Source of the DNA: a virus
Lineage: Duplodnaviria; Caudoviricetes
Length of the DNA: 64,000 bases
Direction: 5' to 3' (one strand)
Virus record (IMG/VR): IMGVR_UViG_3300042937_000528
Location: 3,706 to 67,705 of that record
The position numbers and the translations under genes were made by a program. Under the pieces are notes generated by a model, which did not search any database, was not told the origin of the DNA, and was given only the letters and a program-made list of their open reading frames with translations. Positions 1 through 9,118 of the stretch are shown here, in pieces; the stretch's first letter is position 1; every line of letters starts with the position of its first letter.

Positions 1-624
1 GCCGCTCGTGCTTATACTTGGGGTTATGATTTATTCCACCCACATAAAGTTTTGATTTGGCACGAATATACTCGTAAAGGTAGAACAAAACAATGGGATG
101 ATGACAAAGATTGGGGTAATAAAAACAGTCATTCACATTTTACCAATAGAAAATTATTTGGTATGGATGGTGAAAAACAAGAAGGTCATGACGGACCTTA
201 TGGATTTGGACCTGTTAGGACATTAAGAGATTATGAAAAGTATTCAGGTCTTTTATTTGAAAAAAGAGCTGTCCAACAACATACCTTAGATAAGAATTAT
301 CCACCAAATCCATACAACTTTGAATCTGAAGAAGAGTGGAAGAAAAACTTTGCTCAAGTATTTAAACATTGTATTGATATTGGTTTCTCACAAGTACCTG
401 AAAAAGATTATGATTTTTGGGTGGTTGCCTTCCACGGTGAAAATGATGAAACACTGAACAGAAAAGACGCTGATAAGGCAGAAATTGATAGAATGATGAA
501 TGACCCTGATGGTTACTGTAAAGTATGGAGAGAATTCCAAACAGAACATAAACCAAAGTATTGGGTTGTTTGGCCACACTCAGTATCTAAAGATTGGTGT
601 GAAAGAATAACAGGAAATTTATAA
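1..624 (+). CDS. 5'-truncated glycosyltransferase, GT60 (Skp1 GlcNAc-transferase / PF11397)-like C-terminal part
   Basis: Frame +1 is open from base 1 (AARAYTWGYDLFHPHKVLIWHEYTRK), so the track start at 52 is internal. The R-x-x-T-x-G-Y-D-x-x-x-P...W-H-x-Y-x-R pattern resembles GT60-family enzymes. First gene of a GT cluster. Confidence 0.6.
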   Translation, partial: AARAYTWGYDLFHPHKVLIWHEYTRKGRTKQWDDDKDWGNKNSHSHFTNRKLFGMDGEKQEGHDGPYGFGPVRTLRDYEKYSGLLFEKRAVQQHTLDKNYPPNPYNFESEEEWKKNFAQVFKHCIDIGFSQVPEKDYDFWVVAFHGENDETLNRKDADKAEIDRMMNDPDGYCKVWREFQTEHKPKYWVVWPHSVSKDWCERITGNL

Positions 625-625
625 T

Positions 626-1348
626 ATGGAAAATTTAGATAATAATTATGCCATCACCACTTTTTGTTATGGTGAAAGGTATTATGAACAAACAAACAGA
701 TTAATAGATTCTTTTAAAGAACTTAATGATAAACCAACAATTTTTGTTGTTACCGACAATCCCGATAAAATCACAAAAGAAAGTTGGGTTAAGGTTAAAG
801 ACATTAGGGAGTATAATGAACAATATCAAACCTACAATACAAATTATTATGATTTTGATTTTTCAGTTAAAAGGTATTCGGTTAGATTTGCATTAGAAAA
901 TGGTTTTAGTAAAATAATATTATGTGATACTGACGTTGTGGCTAATGAAAGTTTATTTACACATGAAAATATATTAAAACTATTTTTACCTAATAGTATA
1001 TCTGGTCAAGTAACATATCTATTTGAAAATGAAGAAAAAAGTAATAGTGAGTTAGGTAAAAGATTCAAACACTACGAAAATAAATTCAATGTTTTATATA
1101 GTAATGAAAATTTTTACATGCCTGAAGATTGTGTTCAATTTTTAGATATTGAAACAAATAAATTTAATGATTTTTTAAATACTTGGGATGAGTGTATTAA
1201 AATCAAATACGATGAGAATTTACGTAACGTGCCAGCGGGTAATATTGATGAAATGTGTTTTTCAGCATTTTATAACGGTATTGAATTAAAAAATAATTCC
1301 AGTCAAGGCATAAACTTATTGATTCCAAAACATAATAAATGGTATTAA
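626..1348 (+). CDS. Putative GT-A fold glycosyltransferase
   Basis: VVTDNP, a K in FSVKRY, DxD in IILCDTD, late NIDE motif; tightly packed within the GT cluster. Confidence 0.55.
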   Translation: MENLDNNYAITTFCYGERYYEQTNRLIDSFKELNDKPTIFVVTDNPDKITKESWVKVKDIREYNEQYQTYNTNYYDFDFSVKRYSVRFALENGFSKIILCDTDVVANESLFTHENILKLFLPNSISGQVTYLFENEEKSNSELGKRFKHYENKFNVLYSNENFYMPEDCVQFLDIETNKFNDFLNTWDECIKIKYDENLRNVPAGNIDEMCFSAFYNGIELKNNSSQGINLLIPKHNKWY

Positions 1349-2181
1349 AAATAATAACTTCAATCTACGATTTAAGATATGAAGACGGTAGAGGTGGAAT
1401 GAGGTATAAATCATTCCCGTTGTTGGCTCAAACAATACAAAACATCATATTTGATGAATATGAATATGTTATTTATACAGATAAACACACATATGATACA
1501 TTTTCATTAGGTGATGTTTTTAACCAACAAAATGTTGTTATAAAAATTGAAGAATTAGATTCTGAATATTACTTAAACACTATTAATCCAATCAGAGAAA
1601 CAAAATTCAATGAAGGTGAAATATATGATAGAATATATTGTGTTAAAAACTATATTGAGGTAATTTTAAACAAAATTAAATTTTTATTGTCTGAAAGTGA
1701 AGAAAATAAAAATGTTGTTTGGTTAGATGCGGGATTGTTTGGAACTAGTTGTCACGATGGTTGGAGAGATTATATGAATGTCTTGGCCCACTCAAAATTA
1801 TTTTTGGATAAAATTAATGAAAAAATTGATGAGTATGGTTTTATATCTTTAAGAGGTGAAGCAATCCAAATTAATTATGAGTTACGAGATAGAATGAATG
1901 CGATATATAACACAGACTTTAAATTAATACCTGGTGCATTATTTGGTGGAAATAAAGAAAATATACAAAAAGTATTATCCGATTATCTAAATATTTTTGA
2001 TTTATATTTAAAAACTTATAGTGGTTTAATCAGTGAACAAGAGGTTTTGGCCATTTTAACACATAGAAATAACACCAAGTTCTTTAATTTTGGAGATTGG
2101 AATGATTTCCAAAGAGGTATTTTAGAAATTATGGACAAATTAGACACTGAAAAATATATCTTAGAAAAATGTTATGAATAA
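1339..2181 (+). CDS. HtrL/YibB (WlaTC)-like putative glycosyltransferase
   Basis: IITSIYDL start, VVWLDAG, GALFGG and SEQ motifs; paralogous to the N-half of 2737..4413. Confidence 0.6.
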   Translation: MVLKIITSIYDLRYEDGRGGMRYKSFPLLAQTIQNIIFDEYEYVIYTDKHTYDTFSLGDVFNQQNVVIKIEELDSEYYLNTINPIRETKFNEGEIYDRIYCVKNYIEVILNKIKFLLSESEENKNVVWLDAGLFGTSCHDGWRDYMNVLAHSKLFLDKINEKIDEYGFISLRGEAIQINYELRDRMNAIYNTDFKLIPGALFGGNKENIQKVLSDYLNIFDLYLKTYSGLISEQEVLAILTHRNNTKFFNFGDWNDFQRGILEIMDKLDTEKYILEKCYE

Positions 2182-2740
2182 TTTTTCTTTTCACATCCTT
2201 TGTACATCTTTAGGACGAGAATCGTTAGGTCGTTTAATTGATAGTTTTGTTAATCAATTAAATGAAAATGATTATTTTACCATTGTATCGGATAATAATC
2301 ACGACTTTGTTGAGGGGGTGTTATCTACTTTTAATTTTAAATGTAAATTAAATCATATTAAAAATTTAAACGGTCCTGAAGGTAATTTTGGACATCCATT
2401 GTTAAATAGACATATGAATACCTTAGACGGTGATTTTATAATGTTTGCCGATGATGATGATAGGTATGTTCCTGATGCATTTGAATATATTAGAAATACT
2501 GTTACAGAAAAAAAATTATACATTTTTAAACATAAATGGGGTGGTACCGTTAATTGGGCTTCAAAACATTTTGAAGTCGGCAACATTGGTAAATGTGTTG
2601 GTGTAATACCAAACACCAAAAATTTACCGTTATTTCATGAGGATATTTTTGGAGATGGGATATTTTATTCTGACATATCAAAAATATTTGAATATGAATT
2701 TATTGATAAAATTATTTATAAAGTTAGGGATACAGAATGA
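2174..2740 (+). CDS. GT2-like glycosyltransferase
   Basis: TSLGRESL...IVSD...GDFIMFADDDD...GDGIF pattern of GT-A/GT2 enzymes. Confidence 0.7.
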   Translation: MNNFSFHILCTSLGRESLGRLIDSFVNQLNENDYFTIVSDNNHDFVEGVLSTFNFKCKLNHIKNLNGPEGNFGHPLLNRHMNTLDGDFIMFADDDDRYVPDAFEYIRNTVTEKKLYIFKHKWGGTVNWASKHFEVGNIGKCVGVIPNTKNLPLFHEDIFGDGIFYSDISKIFEYEFIDKIIYKVRDTE

Positions 2741-4413
2741 GTAAAATAACATTAGTTACAGGTTTATGGAATATTAATCGTGATTCATTAACTGAAGGAT
2801 GGTCACGTAGTTTTGAACATTATTTAGAAAAATTTGACCATCTTCTTAAGGTTGATAATAATATAATAATTTTTGGTGAACAAGAATTGGAATCTTTTGT
2901 TTGGGAAAGAAGAGATAGGTCAAACACCCAATTTATTGTTAGAGATAAAGATTGGTTTAAACAAACTGTTCCATACGATAAAATCCAACAAATTAGAACA
3001 AATCCTGATTGGTATAATCAAGCTGGATGGTTGGCAGACTCAACACAGGCAAAACTTGAATGGTATAATCCATTAGTTATGTCTAAAATGTTTTTGTTAC
3101 ATGATGCCAAAATTTTTGATAATTTTGATTCTGAATATATGTTTTGGATTGATGCTGGATTGGCAAATACTGTACATCCAGGTTATTTTACACATGATAA
3201 GGTCTTAGAAAAACTTCCAAAGTATATTAATAAATTTAGTTTTGTTTGTTTCCCTTATGAGGCAAATAACGAAATTCACGGGTTTAATTTTGACGAAATT
3301 AATAAGATATCACAGACAAAGGTAGACATGGTTGCTCGTGGTGGTTTTTTTGGTGGACCAAAGAGTAGTATTAGTGATATAAATGGAATTTATTATAATC
3401 TTTTAACATCCACATTGTCACAAAATTTAATGGGAACTGAAGAATCAATTTTTTCAATAATGTGTTATAAACATGCTGATTTGATTGATTATTTTGAAAT
3501 TGAGTCAAATGGTTTATTTGGAAAATTTTTTGAGGATTTAAAAAATGACGATTTAAAAAAACAAAGTAAATTTAAAATGGATGCTGTTAATGATGATTTA
3601 AGCCCTGATAATGTTGCCTTATATGTTATAACATTTAATAGTCCAAAACAATTTGAAACTTTAATGAATTCTATGGAAGTTTATGATATAGATTTTATTA
3701 ACAAACCAAAAAAGTTCTTATTAGATAATTCATCAGATTTATCAACTACCGAGAAATACTCGGAACTTTGTGAAAAATATGGTTTTGAACATATTAAAAA
3801 AGATAATTTAGGTATTTGTGGTGGTAGACAATGGATTGCAGAACATGCTGAAGAAAATGAATTTGATTTTTATTTCTTTTTTGAAGATGATATGTTCTTT
3901 TACCCAAACAAAGGTGAGGTTTGTAGAAATGGATTTAACCGATACGTTGACAATTTGTATAAAAACATAATTGAGATTACAAAAAAATACCATTATGACT
4001 TCATCAAAATGAACTATAGTGAGTTTTTTGGTGATAATGGAATACAATGGTCATGGTATAATGTACCGCAAGATTTTAGGGTAAAACATTGGCCAGAAAA
4101 ACCAACATTACCCGTTCAAGGTCAAGACCCAAACGCACCAAAGACAAAATACAACAACATTAGAAATCACAAAGGAATTCCTTTTGTTGATGGTGAAATT
4201 TACTATTGTAATTGGCCACAGATAGTTACACGACATGGAAACAAAAAAATGTTCTTAGAAACAACATGGTCAAGACCGTTTGAACAAACTTGGATGAGTT
4301 ACATGTTCCAAGAAACAATTAAGGGAAATATTAAACCCGCATTGTTATTGATGACACCAACTGAACATGATAGGTTTGATTTTTATGATGGTTCATTAAG
4401 AAAAGAATCTTAA
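2737..4413 (+). CDS. Two-domain glycosyltransferase (HtrL/YibB-like N-half plus GT-A/GT2-like C-half)
   Basis: N-half: TLVTGLWNI, FWIDAG, GGFFGG, GTEES. C-half: YVITFNSP, LLDNS, NLGICGGR, FFFEDD. ATGA overlap with the previous gene. Confidence 0.7.
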   Translation: MSKITLVTGLWNINRDSLTEGWSRSFEHYLEKFDHLLKVDNNIIIFGEQELESFVWERRDRSNTQFIVRDKDWFKQTVPYDKIQQIRTNPDWYNQAGWLADSTQAKLEWYNPLVMSKMFLLHDAKIFDNFDSEYMFWIDAGLANTVHPGYFTHDKVLEKLPKYINKFSFVCFPYEANNEIHGFNFDEINKISQTKVDMVARGGFFGGPKSSISDINGIYYNLLTSTLSQNLMGTEESIFSIMCYKHADLIDYFEIESNGLFGKFFEDLKNDDLKKQSKFKMDAVNDDLSPDNVALYVITFNSPKQFETLMNSMEVYDIDFINKPKKFLLDNSSDLSTTEKYSELCEKYGFEHIKKDNLGICGGRQWIAEHAEENEFDFYFFFEDDMFFYPNKGEVCRNGFNRYVDNLYKNIIEITKKYHYDFIKMNYSEFFGDNGIQWSWYNVPQDFRVKHWPEKPTLPVQGQDPNAPKTKYNNIRNHKGIPFVDGEIYYCNWPQIVTRHGNKKMFLETTWSRPFEQTWMSYMFQETIKGNIKPALLLMTPTEHDRFDFYDGSLRKES

Positions 4414-4417
4414 TGAG

Positions 4418-4424
4418 TATTTAT
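4418..4424 (+). promoter_or_regulatory. TATTTAT motif (putative late promoter), 5 nt before ATG
   Basis: The same heptamer recurs upstream of many structural genes. Confidence 0.55.
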
Positions 4425-4429
4425 ATGTA

Positions 4430-4831
4430 ATGGATTTTAATATTAAGAAAAATGCGACATTACCACTTTTAAAAATGCAAGTGGTTAGAGATGGTAGAAG
4501 TGAATACCAATCTTTTATGGATTCTTTAGGTAGTGCGTCAATTTTCTTTTCTATGATAAATGAAGCAACGGGAATACCAAAGATTGTTTCAAAACCCGCA
4601 TACATTACTGAAGTAATTGGTGATGACCCAAACGCATTACCCGAATATTACGTATATTTTAAATTCACTGCTCGTGATACAAATACTATTGGTCGTTATG
4701 TTGGACAATTTTTGATTAAATATAATAACGGTCTTTTGGGTGGTATTGAAGGAAATCTTATTTTACCTCTAAGAGATGAGTTATACATCAATGTCCAAGA
4801 AAGTTTCATTATAGATAGTCCTTGTTGTTGA
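4430..4831 (+). CDS. Hypothetical protein, possibly a BppU-like Ig-fold virion protein
   Basis: Clean 133-aa ORF with a FNIKKNATLP...DT...G.Y.GQF pattern; preceded by TATTTAT. Confidence 0.5.
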   Translation: MDFNIKKNATLPLLKMQVVRDGRSEYQSFMDSLGSASIFFSMINEATGIPKIVSKPAYITEVIGDDPNALPEYYVYFKFTARDTNTIGRYVGQFLIKYNNGLLGGIEGNLILPLRDELYINVQESFIIDSPCC

Positions 4832-4856
4832 CGAGGTTAAATCCAATACCTATACT
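4828..4856 (+). promoter_or_regulatory. Sigma70-type promoter TTGACG-N17-TATACT upstream of DNA polymerase
   Basis: -35 at 4828-4833, -10 at 4851-4856, 17-bp spacer. Confidence 0.65.
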
Positions 4857-4926
4857 TTAACCAATGAGTAAGACAAACTCCGTATTTTACGGAAGATAAT
4901 AGGTCACTCGGTTAAAATTTATAGAA

Positions 4927-7662
4927 ATGATATCAAACGAAGAAATTAAAGCGTTCTTGGAAGGTGGCGACCCCGAACAATTCATTGTGTCCATAGAATT
5001 TGATTATGTGACAGACGCAATTTACAAAATTAAAGAAGTTCCTGGTCAAGGAAAATCAATTCAAAAAGACCATTTTATACCTTTTGCTTGGGTCGGTGAC
5101 CTAAAAGGTTTAAATTTTTATCAAGGCTCAAAAGGATTACAAAAAGAGGCCATGTCAAAACATAAAATTGTTATTGACAAATTAGAAACCCACGATAATG
5201 AAAGATTAGAGAACGGTTTAACCTATATGGTTAAATGTCTTGGTGGATACCGTTCATTGGTTCAATTTTTCCGTGATGGTGGTATTGACCCTTGGGGTGA
5301 TAGAGCAAAGGATAAGTTTCTTATGTTACCTCCTGTAGAACAATATCTTATTCAGAAAGAAAAACGACTATTCAAAGGATATGAAGAATACAATGACATA
5401 ACCCGACTTGTATTTGACTTAGAAACGACCTCACTTGAACCAAAGGATGGTCGTATATTCATGATTGGAATAAAAACAAACAAAGGGTTCCACGAGGTAA
5501 TTGAATGTGACACAGAGGAAACTGAAAAGTTAGGTTTAATTAAATTCTTTGATACAATTAATGAACTTAAACCATCTATCATTGGTGGATATAACTCATT
5601 TAACTTTGACTGGTTGTGGATTTTTGAACGAGCTAAGGCACTTGGATTGGATATAAAGAAGATAGCCAAGTCACTTAACCCCCAACGTACCATATCTCAG
5701 AAAGAACAAATGTTGAAGCTTGCCAATGAGGTAGAAAGATACCCACAGACCTCAATGTGGGGATACAACATCATTGATATCTTACACTCAGTTCGTAGAG
5801 CCCAAGCGATTAACTCAAACATCAAGTCGGCGGGTTTGAAATACATAACTCAGTACTTGGAGATTCAAGATGAAGACCGTGTATACATTGACCACACAGA
5901 AATTGGTCCTATGTATGCTAAAAAGGAAGATTATTGGTTAAATGTTAAAAACGGAAAATACAAGAAGGCGGATAATCCACAATTTGATGACCTTGATACA
6001 CGTTTTCCTGGTACATATATCAAAACTACAGGTGATAAGATTGTAGAACAGTACCTTGACGATGACTTAGATGAAACCCTACGTGTGGATGACGAGTTCA
6101 ACCAAGGTTCGTTCCTTTTGGCTTCGTTGGTTCCTACAACTTATGAGCGTGTAAGTACAATGGGTACGGCAACTTTATGGAAGATGATTATGTTGGCTTG
6201 GTCTTACAAGTACAACTTGGCAATTCCAGCCAAACAAGATAAGACTGACTTTGTTGGTGGATTGTCTCGTTTGATTAAGGTTGGTTATTCTACATCTGTA
6301 TTGAAATTGGACTTTAGTTCACTTTATCCATCTATTCAGTTGGTTCACAATGTATTCCCCGAGTGTGATGTAACAGGTGCGATGAAAGGATTGTTGGGTT
6401 ACTTTAGAAGTTCTCGTATTATGTACAAACAATTGGCTGAAGAGTTCGAAAAGAGTGACCCTAAGAAGTCAAAATCTTATGACCGTAAACAGTTACCGAT
6501 TAAAATCTTTATTAACTCAATGTTTGGAGCGTTGTCAGCACCACAAGTATTTCATTGGGGTGATATGTACATGGGTGAACAGATTACTTGTACAGGTAGA
6601 CAATACTTGCGTCAGATGATTGGGTTCTTTATGAAACGTGGATATGCACCATTGGTAATGGATACGGATGGTGTGAACTTTTCATCTCCATCTGATGTTC
6701 ACGAACGTAAATACATTGGTCGTGGTTTGAATTGGAAAGTAGTGGAAGGTAAAGAATACATTGGGGCGGCTGCGGATATTGCCGAATACAATGACATATT
6801 CATGAGAGGTGAAATGGCTTTGGATAATGATGGTGTATGGCCGGCATGTATTAACTTGGCTCGTAAGAACTATGCTTTGATGACTGATAAAGGTAAAATC
6901 AAATTGGTTGGTAATACAATTAAGTCAAAGAAACTACCAGGTTATATTGAAGAGTTCTTGGATAAAGGAATTAAGATGCTACTTCAAGGTAAGGGTAAAG
7001 ATTTCATTGAATATTATTACGAATACCTACAAAAGATTTATGATATGAAAGTTCCTTTGGCTAAAATTGCCCAAAGAGCAAGAATTAAACATTCTTTAAG
7101 TGATTATAAATTCCGTTGTACTCAAAAAACAAAGGCGGGTTCATTGATGTCACGTCAAGCACATATGGAACTTGCAATTCACCATAACTTAAGTGTGAAC
7201 TTGGGTGATGTGATTACATACGTAAATAATGGTCAACGAGCATCTCACGGTGATGTGGTAAAAAAAGGTGATAGTTTGGTTTTGAATTGTTATTTGTTGG
7301 ACCCTGCGGAATTAGAAGCAAATCCTGATTTAACAGGAAATTATAATGTGGCAAGAGCGATTGCTACTTTCAACAAACGTATCGACCCATTATTGGTTGT
7401 ATTCAAAGATGAAGTTCGTGAAGCTTTAATTGTGAATGACCCTGAAAAACGTGGAATATTTACAACCGCCCAATGTGAACTAATTAATGGACATCCATTA
7501 GGTGAAGGTGACCAAGATGATTTGAATGATGTATTAACAATTTCTGAACAAGAAATGTCTTATTGGAAAAAACGTGGATTGGAACCTTTTTATATCTATG
7601 AAAAAGCTGAAGAAGGTTGGGAAAATCAAATTACGGGATTACCAAATCTTCAAACCATCTGA
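4927..7662 (+). CDS. polB: Family B DNA polymerase with 3'-5' exonuclease
   Basis: ExoI FDLET, ExoII GYNSFNFD, motif A LDFSSLYPSI, motif B KIFINSMFG, motif C MDTDG, KNYA. Confidence 0.95.
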   Translation: MISNEEIKAFLEGGDPEQFIVSIEFDYVTDAIYKIKEVPGQGKSIQKDHFIPFAWVGDLKGLNFYQGSKGLQKEAMSKHKIVIDKLETHDNERLENGLTYMVKCLGGYRSLVQFFRDGGIDPWGDRAKDKFLMLPPVEQYLIQKEKRLFKGYEEYNDITRLVFDLETTSLEPKDGRIFMIGIKTNKGFHEVIECDTEETEKLGLIKFFDTINELKPSIIGGYNSFNFDWLWIFERAKALGLDIKKIAKSLNPQRTISQKEQMLKLANEVERYPQTSMWGYNIIDILHSVRRAQAINSNIKSAGLKYITQYLEIQDEDRVYIDHTEIGPMYAKKEDYWLNVKNGKYKKADNPQFDDLDTRFPGTYIKTTGDKIVEQYLDDDLDETLRVDDEFNQGSFLLASLVPTTYERVSTMGTATLWKMIMLAWSYKYNLAIPAKQDKTDFVGGLSRLIKVGYSTSVLKLDFSSLYPSIQLVHNVFPECDVTGAMKGLLGYFRSSRIMYKQLAEEFEKSDPKKSKSYDRKQLPIKIFINSMFGALSAPQVFHWGDMYMGEQITCTGRQYLRQMIGFFMKRGYAPLVMDTDGVNFSSPSDVHERKYIGRGLNWKVVEGKEYIGAAADIAEYNDIFMRGEMALDNDGVWPACINLARKNYALMTDKGKIKLVGNTIKSKKLPGYIEEFLDKGIKMLLQGKGKDFIEYYYEYLQKIYDMKVPLAKIAQRARIKHSLSDYKFRCTQKTKAGSLMSRQAHMELAIHHNLSVNLGDVITYVNNGQRASHGDVVKKGDSLVLNCYLLDPAELEANPDLTGNYNVARAIATFNKRIDPLLVVFKDEVREALIVNDPEKRGIFTTAQCELINGHPLGEGDQDDLNDVLTISEQEMSYWKKRGLEPFYIYEKAEEGWENQITGLPNLQTI

Positions 7663-7974
7663 AGATAAGATATACCAATATTGGTTAATAAAAACAAATT
7701 CGACACACGCACCTTTTTCAATTGATATTTCATCCCACTCTTCATCAATAGAATTAATGTCGGGTATGATTAATACGTTTGTCATTGCTTTTATTTTAAC
7801 TCTATCCGTTGTTAACGAATTTAATTTTAAAATACAATTATCAATACCACGAATAACGATTGAATATTCTCCATTTGTGGTGTATTGTGGTTCAGAAACA
7901 ATGGCTAATTCAGAAGTTCTAATCTGAACACCATTTATGATTTTAATTGCGGGTATAGATTTAATTATTGGCAT
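7639..7974 (-). CDS. Hypothetical beta-rich protein (likely virion accessory)
   Basis: ATG at 7974 just after the stop of the neck gene; ends FINQYWYILSSDG; converges with polB and overlaps it by 24 nt. Confidence 0.55.
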   Translation of the reverse strand: MPIIKSIPAIKIINGVQIRTSELAIVSEPQYTTNGEYSIVIRGIDNCILKLNSLTTDRVKIKAMTNVLIIPDINSIDEEWDEISIEKGACVEFVFINQYWYILSSDGLKIW

Positions 7975-7975
7975 A

Positions 7976-9091
7976 TTATACAACAGTAATTGGTATTGGC
8001 ATTGCTCTATATTTTAATTGCTTATTTAAATTTTCAGCAATAGAACCTTCTTTTTCCATTTGTTTTTCAGGACGTAATCTTTCTAATCTTTGTTGGAGTT
8101 CCGTCACTAAAGAAACTTTTTCATCTTTGGCTTCAGTTTGAAGAGACTGATAATCCATTGTTAATTCACTATCTGGTGTCTTCAAATTACCACTGAATTT
8201 ACCTCTAACACGAGCTAAGGTCTCTTTACAGTATGCGGTGAACCATCTTCTAACCCATTGTTTTGCAGGGTCGTTTAAATCAATCCAATTTAATTCATCT
8301 AATGGAATGTCTGATGGTAATTTTACGATATCAGGATTATCTTTAAGACATTGGTCTCTGTCTGCATCAGTTGTATCATAATACCAATACCAAACACGAC
8401 CTCTCATTAATTCATTATCACCAAAATCAAATCTACCACCAGGTGTATTATACAACATAACCGCTCTTTTTCCATCAGGAAGTGCTGTCACACGATAACT
8501 AACATCGGGTTGCATAATTCTTCTTTTAAGATTTATGTCTTGTTGTCTTGCTAATACATCATAAGATGAGAACATGAAATATCCTCCACCGGCACCACCT
8601 TGAGCAAACCCACCAGGTCCACCAAGTCCACCATAACCACCAAGACTTTGCATTGACCAAGGGTCAAAGAACATGTTATTTTGTTCTGCTGGTGAATACC
8701 ATAAAAGTTCGTTAATTTCACGACCCGCAGGTATTTCGTATATTTGTACGTTTTGTTGTAATTCAAAATAATCCTTCTTAAGAACCCAAGGACCTGAATT
8801 TTGAAGACCAACAATTTTAGAATAAGCGTAAGTGTATTGAGTTTCCCAATCAAGACTTCTTCTGATTAAAGCGTTTGCCACAGATTGGGTATCCAAATTC
8901 ATACCATACAATGTTGTCCATTGTGATTCAATCAACCAATCATAAAGATATTGTGTATAGTCACCGATGGACAATTCAAGTAATGAATCCATCATTTCAA
9001 ATTCCAATTCAACAGCTCTTAATGGAGCCCCAAGTTGATTTAAAATCCTGTTATACAGTTTGGTTCTTTCTGGTTCAGCAATAACTACCAT
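7976..9091 (-). CDS. Neck/head-tail adaptor, T4 gp13-like
   Basis: N-terminal ILNQLGAPLRAVEL and C-terminal WVRRWFTAYCKETLARVRGKFSG are typical of gp13-like proteins; Gly-rich middle. Confidence 0.75.
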   Translation of the reverse strand: MVVIAEPERTKLYNRILNQLGAPLRAVELEFEMMDSLLELSIGDYTQYLYDWLIESQWTTLYGMNLDTQSVANALIRRSLDWETQYTYAYSKIVGLQNSGPWVLKKDYFELQQNVQIYEIPAGREINELLWYSPAEQNNMFFDPWSMQSLGGYGGLGGPGGFAQGGAGGGYFMFSSYDVLARQQDINLKRRIMQPDVSYRVTALPDGKRAVMLYNTPGGRFDFGDNELMRGRVWYWYYDTTDADRDQCLKDNPDIVKLPSDIPLDELNWIDLNDPAKQWVRRWFTAYCKETLARVRGKFSGNLKTPDSELTMDYQSLQTEAKDEKVSLVTELQQRLERLRPEKQMEKEGSIAENLNKQLKYRAMPIPITVV

Positions 9092-9103
9092 AGTCTTTTA
9101 TAT

Positions 9104-9110
9104 ATAAATA
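9104..9110 (-). promoter_or_regulatory. TATTTAT motif upstream of neck gene
   Basis: ATAAATA on + strand, 12 nt before the start codon. Confidence 0.55.
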
Positions 9111-9118
9111 TCAAGTTA

